DNA of 32,000 nucleotides from Candidatus Thorarchaeota archaeon (GTDB lineage: Archaea; Asgardarchaeota; Thorarchaeia; Thorarchaeales; Thorarchaeaceae), in NCBI GenBank assembly GCA_008080745.1, contig SHMX01000006.1, positions 30,001 through 62,000 of the forward strand, written 5' to 3'. The position numbers and the translations under genes were made by a program. This document shows positions 5,742 to 14,370 of the stretch, piece after piece. The notes below the pieces were generated by a model. It made no database searches. It was not told the DNA's origin and worked only from the letters and a program-made list of their open reading frames with translations. Within the stretch, counting starts at the first letter, position 1. Each line of letters begins with the position of its first letter.

Positions 5742-7979
5742 GTGAACAGATATTTGGAAAAATCAAACAACGACGCCCAAAAATTCCCTGATACAGAGAG
5801 AAAAGACTTCATGGTATTGGAAACACGAGAGCAGAGACAGTCACTATATGATCCATTACGAAAAGAGATACTACGAACTCTAGGGCAAGGAATTGAAGAG
5901 TATACTACTGAGGTTCAGAAGTCAGAGGAGACAACCCTAGAGGATGGGATAGTAGTTACTGAAGAAGTCAAAATCACAAAACCAATAACACGTTACTGGA
6001 TGGCGGTTCCTGAGATTGTGAGTCATATCAACGAAGAACATCCGCATCTAGGTCTAAATAATCACAATTGCTATTACCATCTCTACAAACTAGTTGAACA
6101 AAAGTTAGTTGATCAATACCCAGAGAAAAAAGAGAAACGAAAAAAGAAGACTAGAATCCGTGGTATGTATTTCAGAGCAGCAGCCAAGTTCTATGTTCCT
6201 ACAACTTTTGAGATTGCATCCGATATTAGAGAGGAGGATGTACTACCGCCAGAGATAGATGAGCGTCTTGTGGAATTAGCTCAGAAAGTCAAAGACACCA
6301 AAGAACCTCGAGCTATTGAATATGACCTAGAGATAGATAATGAAACCTTTTGGTTCTCAGTGATGATGAGTCTTCATGATGATGGAGAAAGTATAATATC
6401 CGTCGTTAGAGATATCACGGAACAAAAACATGCTCAAGAAGAATTGAGAAAAAGCCAAGAGATGTTGGATCTAGCTCTACGGGGAGCAGATTTAGCACCA
6501 TGGGAGTTCAGTGAAGTAACTAATGAGATTATTTATAGTCAGAAGTATGCAGAAATTTTAGGATATTCATTAAATGAATTACAGAAGAAAATCCCAGATC
6601 CTAGAGATCTTATCCATCCGGACGATATTGAAAAAGTTATGGAAAAATGGGAAGAACATACCAGAGGAGATACTGACTATGTTGCTCTCCAGTATAGAAT
6701 GCGTACAAAAAGTGGGGATTATGTCTGGGTTCAAGATAGAGGAAGAATAGTTGAACGAACACCAGGAGGTCTCATAACAGCAGGAACTATTAGAGATATT
6801 ACCAAACAAAAGCAAATGGAGGAGGCATTGGGAGCAACTGAGGAACGTTACCGAACATTATACGAAAATTTAGCTGATGGGTTGTTCATCATTAACACTG
6901 ACAGAAATATATCATTTTGTAGTCCTCTTGGAGCAAAAATGTTCGGATATTCACAGAATAACTTGATAGGGATGGACTTCTTAGATTTGATATTTCCTGG
7001 TGATAGAGAACGTCTGAGAGCCATTGCTACCCCAAAATCAAAAATATCTGAAATATTATACGATGGATTAGAAGCAAGAGGGTTGAGAAAGAATGGATCT
7101 ATATTTCATTTTCACGCTACGGGCTCAATAGTTAGAGAAGGCAAGGAGGTAACTGGTTATCAGATTCTAGTCAGAGACATCACTGAATTAGTAAAGACAA
7201 GACAGCTTATCCAAGAAGAACGAGACAGAGCTCAGGTATATCTGGATATTGCAGGAACCATATTTCTAGTAATGGATAGAGATGGCTCGATTGCACTTCT
7301 CAATAAGAAGGGTCTCGAAGTCATGGGGTATGAGGTTGAAGATATAATAGGACAACCCTGGTTCAATTTTGTTCCAGAGGATGAGAGGGAAAATGTACGA
7401 GTAGCGTTTCAAAATCTCATGTCTGGAGAAACTGAGCAGATAGATTACGTTGAGAGACCTGTTTTGACCAAAGAAAATGAAGAACGCTTAATTGCTTGGC
7501 ATACCACAATCATCAGAGATAAAGAAGGAAATATTATTGGATTAATCAGTTCGGGCGATGATATTACTGAAAGAAGATGTGCTGAAGAATCCCTCCAGGA
7601 AAGCGAAGCGAGGTTTAGAACTTTAGTACAGAACTCAACTCATGCATTCTTAGTATTTCAAGGAGAACCACCGGAATGTGTCTACGTGAATCCTGCATTC
7701 ATCGAATTTTCAGGATATACCCCCGAAGGGGTGATGAGTGCCTCCTTTGATGAAATCATAGAAATGGTTCATCCGGATGATCAAGAGATAATGCGTAAGA
7801 GAATCCAAGGAGTTATCCGAGGGGAAAGGGAACCCGAACGGGAATTCGAGGTTAGATATAGACATAGAGATGGAAACTTGGTTTATGCTTATGCAAATCC
7901 AAGTAAGGTCGAATATGACGGACAACCAGCATATCAAATCCTATTGGTGGATATCTCTAGATGGAAAAACCATCAATAA
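5742..7979 (+). CDS. wHTH-PAS one-component regulator (wHTH + partial PAS + 4 PAS/PAC), no kinase domain
   Basis: The N-terminal wHTH is homologous to 4712..5509 (DPLRKEILRTL, RYWMAVPEI, CYYHLYKLVEQKLV). Repeated PAC ends are seen (VVRDIT, TIRDIT, LVRDIT, SGDDIT, LLVDIS). The protein stops right after the last PAC. Confidence 0.85.
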   Translation: MNRYLEKSNNDAQKFPDTERKDFMVLETREQRQSLYDPLRKEILRTLGQGIEEYTTEVQKSEETTLEDGIVVTEEVKITKPITRYWMAVPEIVSHINEEHPHLGLNNHNCYYHLYKLVEQKLVDQYPEKKEKRKKKTRIRGMYFRAAAKFYVPTTFEIASDIREEDVLPPEIDERLVELAQKVKDTKEPRAIEYDLEIDNETFWFSVMMSLHDDGESIISVVRDITEQKHAQEELRKSQEMLDLALRGADLAPWEFSEVTNEIIYSQKYAEILGYSLNELQKKIPDPRDLIHPDDIEKVMEKWEEHTRGDTDYVALQYRMRTKSGDYVWVQDRGRIVERTPGGLITAGTIRDITKQKQMEEALGATEERYRTLYENLADGLFIINTDRNISFCSPLGAKMFGYSQNNLIGMDFLDLIFPGDRERLRAIATPKSKISEILYDGLEARGLRKNGSIFHFHATGSIVREGKEVTGYQILVRDITELVKTRQLIQEERDRAQVYLDIAGTIFLVMDRDGSIALLNKKGLEVMGYEVEDIIGQPWFNFVPEDERENVRVAFQNLMSGETEQIDYVERPVLTKENEERLIAWHTTIIRDKEGNIIGLISSGDDITERRCAEESLQESEARFRTLVQNSTHAFLVFQGEPPECVYVNPAFIEFSGYTPEGVMSASFDEIIEMVHPDDQEIMRKRIQGVIRGEREPEREFEVRYRHRDGNLVYAYANPSKVEYDGQPAYQILLVDISRWKNHQ

Positions 7980-7997
7980 TATCAACCAATTAGTTTC

Positions 7998-8027
7998 TCA
8001 ATTAGCATAAGCAATTTTTCTAATTGA
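7998..8027. promoter_or_regulatory. Spaced inverted repeat upstream of the SCP2 operon
   Basis: TCAATTAG (7998-8005) and CTAATTGA (8020-8027) are perfect 8-bp arms with a 14-nt spacer in the intergenic region. Short and AT-rich, so it may be chance. Confidence 0.25.
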
Positions 8028-8076
8028 ATGACTAAGCTAATCAGTAGGTAATGCAATTAAAGGTTGCAACTGGATA

Positions 8077-8448
8077 TTGTTTGCTATGATAGTGAATCCG
8101 ACTGACGACTTCATAGGTACACTCCTTGCTGAAGTATTTCGAAGAGAACTTGAATCAGAAAAAAAGAAAGAGGAAGTATCGAAGTGGAAAATATCAATGA
8201 TTCTAGATACAGATTACTATCCAGTTTCTATCGAATTTAATAATGGCATCTCTATCATAAAGGGAGTCATAAAAGACCCAGATATTACCATGACTACTTC
8301 GATGCAGACAATAATCGATATTACAAGAGGAAAGACTAGTGCACTACGCGCCATTAGAAAAGGAGAACTAAGAGTAAAAGGTTTATTCCGTCATCCAAGG
8401 TCCGCTTTCAGACTATATCGTTTCATGATACCAGCTTTAGAGGGTTAA
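8077..8448 (+). CDS. SCP2 (sterol carrier protein 2-like) lipid-binding domain protein
   Basis: PDITMTTSMQTIIDITRGKTSALRAIRKGELRVKG matches the SCP2 C-terminal pattern. The true start may be ATG 8086. Confidence 0.8.
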   Translation: MFAMIVNPTDDFIGTLLAEVFRRELESEKKKEEVSKWKISMILDTDYYPVSIEFNNGISIIKGVIKDPDITMTTSMQTIIDITRGKTSALRAIRKGELRVKGLFRHPRSAFRLYRFMIPALEG

Positions 8449-8452
8449 TCAG

Positions 8453-9874
8453 TTGATCATTAAGAAATTATGTAAGGTAGTTGGAGATCAGTATGTTTCT
8501 GAAAGTACTGGTGAAAGGTATATCTATTCTCAAGATATGACGGAGAATGAACCTTGTCAACCAATAGCTATTGTCATGCCAGAATCTGTAGAAGAGATTC
8601 AAGCTATATTGAAGATAGCAAATGAAACGAAGACCCGCATCGTGCCGTTTATCACCGGCCAGAATGTTGGAGGCCTGACTATACCCCAAGTAGAGGAATC
8701 AATCATCATTGACTTGAAACGGATGGATAAGATACTACAAGTTGATGAAGAAGCAATGTACGCACTTGTGGAACCAGGAGTAACCTTTGGGCACATGAGA
8801 CGGTATCTTGATGCCCATCATCCAGAATTACGATACACTTACCCCCTAGCTCCACCATATACATCAGTTGTAGCAAATGCATTACTACAGGGTCTCTGTG
8901 ATCTATCAACCAGACATGGAGCTATGGCAGACTTCGTGAACGGTCTTGAAGCAGTTCTTCCAACAGGAGAATTGGTTAGAGTGGGTTCAGGTATTCTCGG
9001 TGAGGATAATTGGTTTGGTCGTTACCCATTGCCAGACCTTGTAGGGCTATTCAGTGGATGGCAAGGAATGTCAGGCATAGTGACAAAAATGGCTCTTCAA
9101 TTATTTCCGAAACCACCACATATTGAACATGCTGCACTATTTACTTTCGGAGAAGAGCCAACCACCGAGATTCTGAAGAGAATAGCACGTAAACAGATTC
9201 TTGATGATGCAGATTGCATGTCGTTATCACTTGTCAAGATGCTTCTTGGTGTTGATTATCCTGTTGAAGCTTTAGATGGCGAGCCAGATTATGCTACATT
9301 GATTGCTGTATCGGGAAACACAGAGAGAGAAGTCCTAGAAAAGCTGAGTGTCGTTGAGGATGAGATGGAGAGAGCTAAATCAAAAGAGCCAAGACAACTT
9401 CTAGTAACATGGGATGCTATTTCAAAATTGATGGGCGAACAGGCTCGTTCATGGATTGACTTTCCTTCCGATGCCTTCAAAATTCTGACCGAATTCGACG
9501 GTCTCACATGGGTCGGTACATATATTCATCCGAAAGCATGGGGGAAAGCTTTAGCGGGTGGTAGGAAAATCGTAGAAAGATATGAATTTGAATTAATGGC
9601 ATTCCTTAAGCCTATGAATGGAATGCATTTTGCAGAGTTTAAATTCATAATCAGGTTTCCGAAAGATATTGAGAACATAGAGAGAGTGAAAAGATGCAAT
9701 TCCGAATTACTCGATTTTGCCTTGGATAACGGAGCAATACCGTATAAAACTCCAGTGTGGGCTGCTAAAAAACTACAGGAACGGATAGATCCCCAATTCA
9801 TAGCTCTACTACGCAGAATAAAGAGATCTCTGGACCCAAATAATATCATGAATCCGGGAAGGTGGAATCTGTGA
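8453..9874 (+). CDS. FAD-binding oxidoreductase (FAD_binding_4 / VAO-PCMH / GlcD-like)
   Basis: Motifs include PIAIVMPESVEEIQAILKIAN, IIIDLKRMDKI, VEPGVTF, GLEAVLPTGELVR, GIVTKM and a terminal LDPNNIMNPG. TTG start 4 nt after the SCP2 stop. Confidence 0.9.
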   Translation: MIIKKLCKVVGDQYVSESTGERYIYSQDMTENEPCQPIAIVMPESVEEIQAILKIANETKTRIVPFITGQNVGGLTIPQVEESIIIDLKRMDKILQVDEEAMYALVEPGVTFGHMRRYLDAHHPELRYTYPLAPPYTSVVANALLQGLCDLSTRHGAMADFVNGLEAVLPTGELVRVGSGILGEDNWFGRYPLPDLVGLFSGWQGMSGIVTKMALQLFPKPPHIEHAALFTFGEEPTTEILKRIARKQILDDADCMSLSLVKMLLGVDYPVEALDGEPDYATLIAVSGNTEREVLEKLSVVEDEMERAKSKEPRQLLVTWDAISKLMGEQARSWIDFPSDAFKILTEFDGLTWVGTYIHPKAWGKALAGGRKIVERYEFELMAFLKPMNGMHFAEFKFIIRFPKDIENIERVKRCNSELLDFALDNGAIPYKTPVWAAKKLQERIDPQFIALLRRIKRSLDPNNIMNPGRWNL

Positions 9875-11007
9875 CAAAGGAACCCTCGGTCATTTCAGAA
9901 TGGCTTCATAGATGTATCCGATGCGGGAACTGCAAATACATTTTTCGTGATTATGATAAATCATGTCCCTCAGGGCAACATTATAGATTTGAGAGTTACT
10001 TTGCATCCGGAAAGATTTGGATAGCAAGAGGCATTGAATCTAAAGAGCTTGATTTTGATGAATCATTGCTGGGACCAATCTTTAGTTGCCCTACTTGTGG
10101 AAGCTGTGAGATTCAATGCCAAGCCCCACATCAAGAGCACATAGTTGACATTATTGAGGAACTACGAGCACATGCAGTTGAAACATTAGGACCTTTACCC
10201 AAACATAAGGGATTTCTAGAAAAAATCCAGAAGCACAATAACCCGTATGGAGAAATACATCACAATAGGGAGTTAGTAAATATTCATGGACTTCCTGACA
10301 AAGCAGAAAACGTCTACTTTGTTGGATGTACTTCAAACTATCGCGAGACATCTATTAGAGATGCTACAATCCATATTCTCAAAACAAGTGGAATGAATTT
10401 TACAGTTATCGATGAGGTGTGCTGCGGATCACCTCTGCTTAGGACAGGTCAAAGAGCTGAGGTTAAGAAGCTAGTAAAACATAATCTGGTGAAAATCAAA
10501 GAAGCGGGAGCGAAACGGATCATTACTTCTTGTGCAGGATGCTTCAGAACGATAAAGAAAGATTATCAAAAATTTGAGAAAGATTTCAAATTGGAAGTCA
10601 TTCATATCTCGCAATTATTACCATCATTAATAGAGAGTGGAAGATTAACTTTCAAACACACAAAAGATTCACCTAGAATCACATATCATGATCCTTGCCA
10701 TCTTGGAAGACACATGGGAGTCTATAATGAACCTAGAAATGTGATATCCGTTTTACCAGTAGAGATGGTTGAGATGTCTAGGAACCGTGAAAATGCATGG
10801 TGTTGCGGCGCTGGTGGAGGATGTCGTGCAGCTTTTCCTGAGTTCTCTCTTGCTACCGGAAAGGTCCGAATTGCCGAAGCAGATGAAATTGGTGCTGAAT
10901 TACTCGTAAGTACATGTCCATTCTGTGTATCTCAACTTCGAGAAGTCAATGATACAGACATGAAGGTTTTAGATTTGACAGAATTGTTGTCAAGTCTAAT
11001 CAGGTAG
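9862..11007 (+). CDS. Fe-S protein with 4Fe-4S motifs and two CCG domains (GlcF/GlpC/HdrD-like)
   Basis: Motifs include CIRCGNC, CPTCGSCEIQC, YFVGC, CCGSP, TSCAGC, YHDPCHLGR, CCGAGGG and TCPFC. The start is probably GTG 9871, overlapping the upstream TGA (GTGA). Confidence 0.9.
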   Translation: MESVTKEPSVISEWLHRCIRCGNCKYIFRDYDKSCPSGQHYRFESYFASGKIWIARGIESKELDFDESLLGPIFSCPTCGSCEIQCQAPHQEHIVDIIEELRAHAVETLGPLPKHKGFLEKIQKHNNPYGEIHHNRELVNIHGLPDKAENVYFVGCTSNYRETSIRDATIHILKTSGMNFTVIDEVCCGSPLLRTGQRAEVKKLVKHNLVKIKEAGAKRIITSCAGCFRTIKKDYQKFEKDFKLEVIHISQLLPSLIESGRLTFKHTKDSPRITYHDPCHLGRHMGVYNEPRNVISVLPVEMVEMSRNRENAWCCGAGGGCRAAFPEFSLATGKVRIAEADEIGAELLVSTCPFCVSQLREVNDTDMKVLDLTELLSSLIR

Positions 11008-11478
11008 AATAACTTCATCTTGGTGTTTTTCGTAATAAAAGCTCATTCTATCAACAAACCACATTTTCATGAGGAAGGCAATAGATGCGAAAAACATCAT
11101 CTCCCAAAATAATTGAAGATAAGTTACGATTATTGTAGGAATGAAAAAGATACCTGATACTACATTCATCCAGAAATGAATGTCACGTTCTCCCTTCGCG
11201 GTCCAAATTTTCTCACCTAAAACTCCTTTACTAGCCCAATTATCGTAATTATCAGGTTTTGAGAAGATACGTGGATTAACAGCAGACCAAATCCCATAGA
11301 TAATCAACCACACTAAAGGCCACCAGTTTGCCAGAGGATTTGCAAAGAATAAGGACATGTACCAAATAGGTGGAAAGAGAAAAGGTAATGACAAAATTCT
11401 TGACCATCCACTTTTTGGATTTGCATGTCTTAGCCATGTTTCTTCAGACATTATTCGTGTCTTGCTCATTTCTGGCAC
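10996..11478 (-). CDS. DUF6653-like small membrane protein
   Basis: WLRHANPKSGWSR...NPRIF...DNWASKGVLGEKIW matches the pattern I recall for this family. Four hydrophobic segments. Confidence 0.65.
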   Translation of the reverse strand: MPEMSKTRIMSEETWLRHANPKSGWSRILSLPFLFPPIWYMSLFFANPLANWWPLVWLIIYGIWSAVNPRIFSKPDNYDNWASKGVLGEKIWTAKGERDIHFWMNVVSGIFFIPTIIVTYLQLFWEMMFFASIAFLMKMWFVDRMSFYYEKHQDEVILPD

Positions 11479-11546
11479 CAGTCATAAATCGTTTCTAAAA
11501 TAGATTCTAATTCATCCACTATTTAGCTTGCTAACATTTCATTCAA

Positions 11547-12434
11547 CTAGGACTGGTGAACTACAATTTGATCTTTATCTTTTGGCCCAATTCCAATCTT
11601 GATAGCATGTCTAATCTGCGGAACTGTCCAAACCTCTGAGCCAAGCGAGTTCTTTGCTTTGTAACTCTGCAGAAGCTTAACTCCTTCAATATCAACTGAC
11701 AACATGTTATCCCCTGCAATGATAATGTTTGGTTCTTCAATAGTTCCAGAGGCTGGACCTCCAGTAACGAAGACCTTTCTGGCATCCATCAAGACCAAAT
11801 CAGGATTAAAGAATGATGCGAGATCAGCAATTTTTTCTTGCAGCTTTCGTACATGCATTCTGATACGGTCACGTCCCCTTACCCAACCTATTAGCAACTT
11901 CATTGCACCAGTGAATCCAGCAAGTCTGTGAGTCTTTAGACAAGGGACAAGGAATAATTTATCTGAACCCCGCAAAGCGGGTCCACCAATCTGACCACCT
12001 TTCATATATTCCCCATTCGAAATATCTTGATGGGGCCAGTCATGATCGTCTAATATTACAAGTTCAGCCTCAAGTTCCTCAGCAACTCTTGTAACCCCAA
12101 CCTTTTCAGCAACTTCATGAGTGTCTAATCTAAACATCGAACTCTCAACAATGCGAAGTTTCTTTGCACCAGCATCAAGAATAAGTCTTCCAAACTCTCT
12201 AATGAAATCAGGGTCACTTGAAGCAGGATATGGATCTGCAGTGTTCAGATTTGGTTTGAGGGTAACAATATCCCCCTCAGAAACAAATCGCTCAAAACCG
12301 CCTAGTTGACCTATAGCTTTTCTGATTGAACTCTCTAGAGATCCTTGTACTTTGTGTCTAACAACTGTGTATTTTTTTCCAGTTTTAGATTCGAGATATG
12401 TACTGGAGTCGGTCTTTCTAGATGAAACAGTCAC
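11547..12434 (-). CDS. DUF362 family protein
   Basis: Motifs include GDIVTLKPNL, IVESS, PCLKTH, FTGAMKLLIG, PDLVLMDA and IAGDNMLSVD. Confidence 0.85.
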   Translation of the reverse strand: MTVSSRKTDSSTYLESKTGKKYTVVRHKVQGSLESSIRKAIGQLGGFERFVSEGDIVTLKPNLNTADPYPASSDPDFIREFGRLILDAGAKKLRIVESSMFRLDTHEVAEKVGVTRVAEELEAELVILDDHDWPHQDISNGEYMKGGQIGGPALRGSDKLFLVPCLKTHRLAGFTGAMKLLIGWVRGRDRIRMHVRKLQEKIADLASFFNPDLVLMDARKVFVTGGPASGTIEEPNIIIAGDNMLSVDIEGVKLLQSYKAKNSLGSEVWTVPQIRHAIKIGIGPKDKDQIVVHQS

Positions 12435-12501
12435 ATACAGTCCTCTCGTTTCATATAGCAGAGAGATAGATGAATCTATGGAAAGGTGAATGAAAAGTAC
12501 T

Positions 12502-12723
12502 TCACTTAATTCTGATAGCTTGGTTAGGACAAACTTTTACGCAATCCAGGCATCTCGTACAGAGGTCTAGAAAAGCTACGTCAACTCTCCATTCATCGGG
12601 ATCATTACTCTCGTAATCGGGAGAGTACATCATAAAGAGAGCAGAAGGGCATATCTGCATACATTTCTTGCAATCACGAGGATCTCCACATTTCTCATAA
12701 TCAACGATGATATCTGTCTTCAT
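12502..12723 (-). CDS. 2x[4Fe-4S] ferredoxin (73 aa)
   Basis: CGDPRDCKKCMQICP and CTRCLDCVKVCP. The ATG at 12723 overlaps the upstream TGA (TGATG). Confidence 0.9.
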   Translation of the reverse strand: MKTDIIVDYEKCGDPRDCKKCMQICPSALFMMYSPDYESNDPDEWRVDVAFLDLCTRCLDCVKVCPNQAIRIK

Positions 12724-13592
12724 CACCATTCCTCCACAAGAGTTGGATAACTAGTTCGATCTACCATCTGTATTGCACCCTGCGGACAAGAAGTAGCACA
12801 TAGACCACATCCGTAGCATTTCCAGACATCAATGAATGGTCTGTTCGTTGAATCAGCAAAAGTAAGGGCTCCAAATTGGCATCTGCTTACACAGGTCTGA
12901 CAGCCATCACATTTTGAGAAATCAACCTTAGCTACATATTCTCCTTTGAGTAGTGCATTGAGACCATAATCCATTCTAATCCTAGTTGCGGCACACTCGG
13001 GGTACTCACAACTGCATAGAGCGGCAATATACGGAACAGGTCCAAACCAAACGGTATTGACACGTCCAGAGTGATTCATCTCTTCTATGAAATCTTGAGC
13101 TTCGTCAATGTGTAGCGGTTCAACTCCACTTTCAGGAATGTAACGTGGGAGTTTTGGAACCATCTCTGCTAATGCACCAAATGCTAGACAGCAAGCATCC
13201 TTGATACCTCGTGTCATATGGCGACATGCACAATTAACTTTGAGAATTGGCTCAGCTAATTCTAGAATCTTCTTTCCATCTTCAAGGGGAACAACTTGAC
13301 CAGGATGTCCCTCAGCTCGTCTTGGATTTCGACCCTTAAGGGGTTTTTCCTTGGTAAACCAGCTATTGATATATCGTTTGATGAATTTGCCCACTAACGG
13401 ATAACTGAATTTGTATCCAGGTCCTCGTGCAGAGATTCCATAGATCTTTTGAAGGTATACTTTCTCAAAATTTTTCCATAGTTCGAAAATATATTCATGG
13501 GCACCTACTTCTTCCGCGGTTTCTTGAATATAATTACGAGAATTCAGGTACCATTTCTTTCCGGCCCCATGTTTGTAACACCATTCACACAC
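12723..13592 (-). CDS. Cys-rich 4Fe-4S dicluster-domain protein
   Basis: N-terminal CEWC, internal CACR, CCL and CSCxxxxC, and C-terminal CDGCQTCVSRC and CYGCGLCATSC ferredoxin motifs. The GTG start at 13592 has a GGTGA SD. Confidence 0.85.
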   Translation of the reverse strand: MCEWCYKHGAGKKWYLNSRNYIQETAEEVGAHEYIFELWKNFEKVYLQKIYGISARGPGYKFSYPLVGKFIKRYINSWFTKEKPLKGRNPRRAEGHPGQVVPLEDGKKILELAEPILKVNCACRHMTRGIKDACCLAFGALAEMVPKLPRYIPESGVEPLHIDEAQDFIEEMNHSGRVNTVWFGPVPYIAALCSCEYPECAATRIRMDYGLNALLKGEYVAKVDFSKCDGCQTCVSRCQFGALTFADSTNRPFIDVWKCYGCGLCATSCPQGAIQMVDRTSYPTLVEEW

Positions 13593-13760
13593 ACGTATCA
13601 CCAGCAAGTTTCAATATTATATCTACAACAATGTCCCTAATATTATCAATCGATGATATAACATTCTTTTAAATAACAATGAATGAATTTTGGGTTATCT
13701 AATTCTTACAGATGGCAAACCTGTACTTTTATTAACTATGTTAAAGTAAATATACGTGAA

Positions 13761-14303
13761 ATGAGTCTACGTAGTTGCACGAAAATAGCCCTCATGGTTT
13801 CTTTCCTAATTATCATCTTAGGAATTCCAGTTGCTGCACAAGGTCATGAGCTGCTACCCAATCAAATTGATTATAGCAATGAATTGATTGGAAACAACGA
13901 GAACTATTACTACAGCAACCTAGAACCTGGTACTTGGACTGTAGCAGTAAGCTGTAATACGATATGTGATATGGAAGTCAGAATTGATGTATCTCTGAAT
14001 GAAACGTTCACCAACATAATCGCTACAACTGAAGGCAGCATTGATACCGGAGTGTCTGCTGAGATTACCCTCGTAGCAGCCGAAACCGTGTACATTAAGA
14101 TAACCAAGATAGGAGGAACTCCTGGAGAATATGGGATTGCAGTGTACGACGAGATGCATATGCTGCTTCCGATGATAACACCATGGATTATTCTGATAGG
14201 TGGAGCGGTAGTGGTTATAGTTGCGATATTTATCCGAAGGCGAATGATAAAACCAAAAGCCAGAGGAGCAGAATACCCTCCAAAATCACCTCCAGAAATA
14301 TAG
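13761..14303 (+). CDS. Secreted, C-terminally membrane-anchored protein with PPC-like beta-sandwich
   Basis: Signal peptide MSLRSCTKIALMVSFLIIILGIPVAAQ, then a beta-rich segment (LEPGTWTVAV...ETVYIKITKIGGTPGEYGIAV), then a TM helix followed by RRRMIK. Start moved from 13683 to 13761. Confidence 0.75.
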   Translation: MSLRSCTKIALMVSFLIIILGIPVAAQGHELLPNQIDYSNELIGNNENYYYSNLEPGTWTVAVSCNTICDMEVRIDVSLNETFTNIIATTEGSIDTGVSAEITLVAAETVYIKITKIGGTPGEYGIAVYDEMHMLLPMITPWIILIGGAVVVIVAIFIRRRMIKPKARGAEYPPKSPPEI

Positions 14304-14370
14304 AGGTGGAATATCGAATAACAATATATTGAGTTCAATTGATCCCATAATTATACACAAGAAGTTTTGA

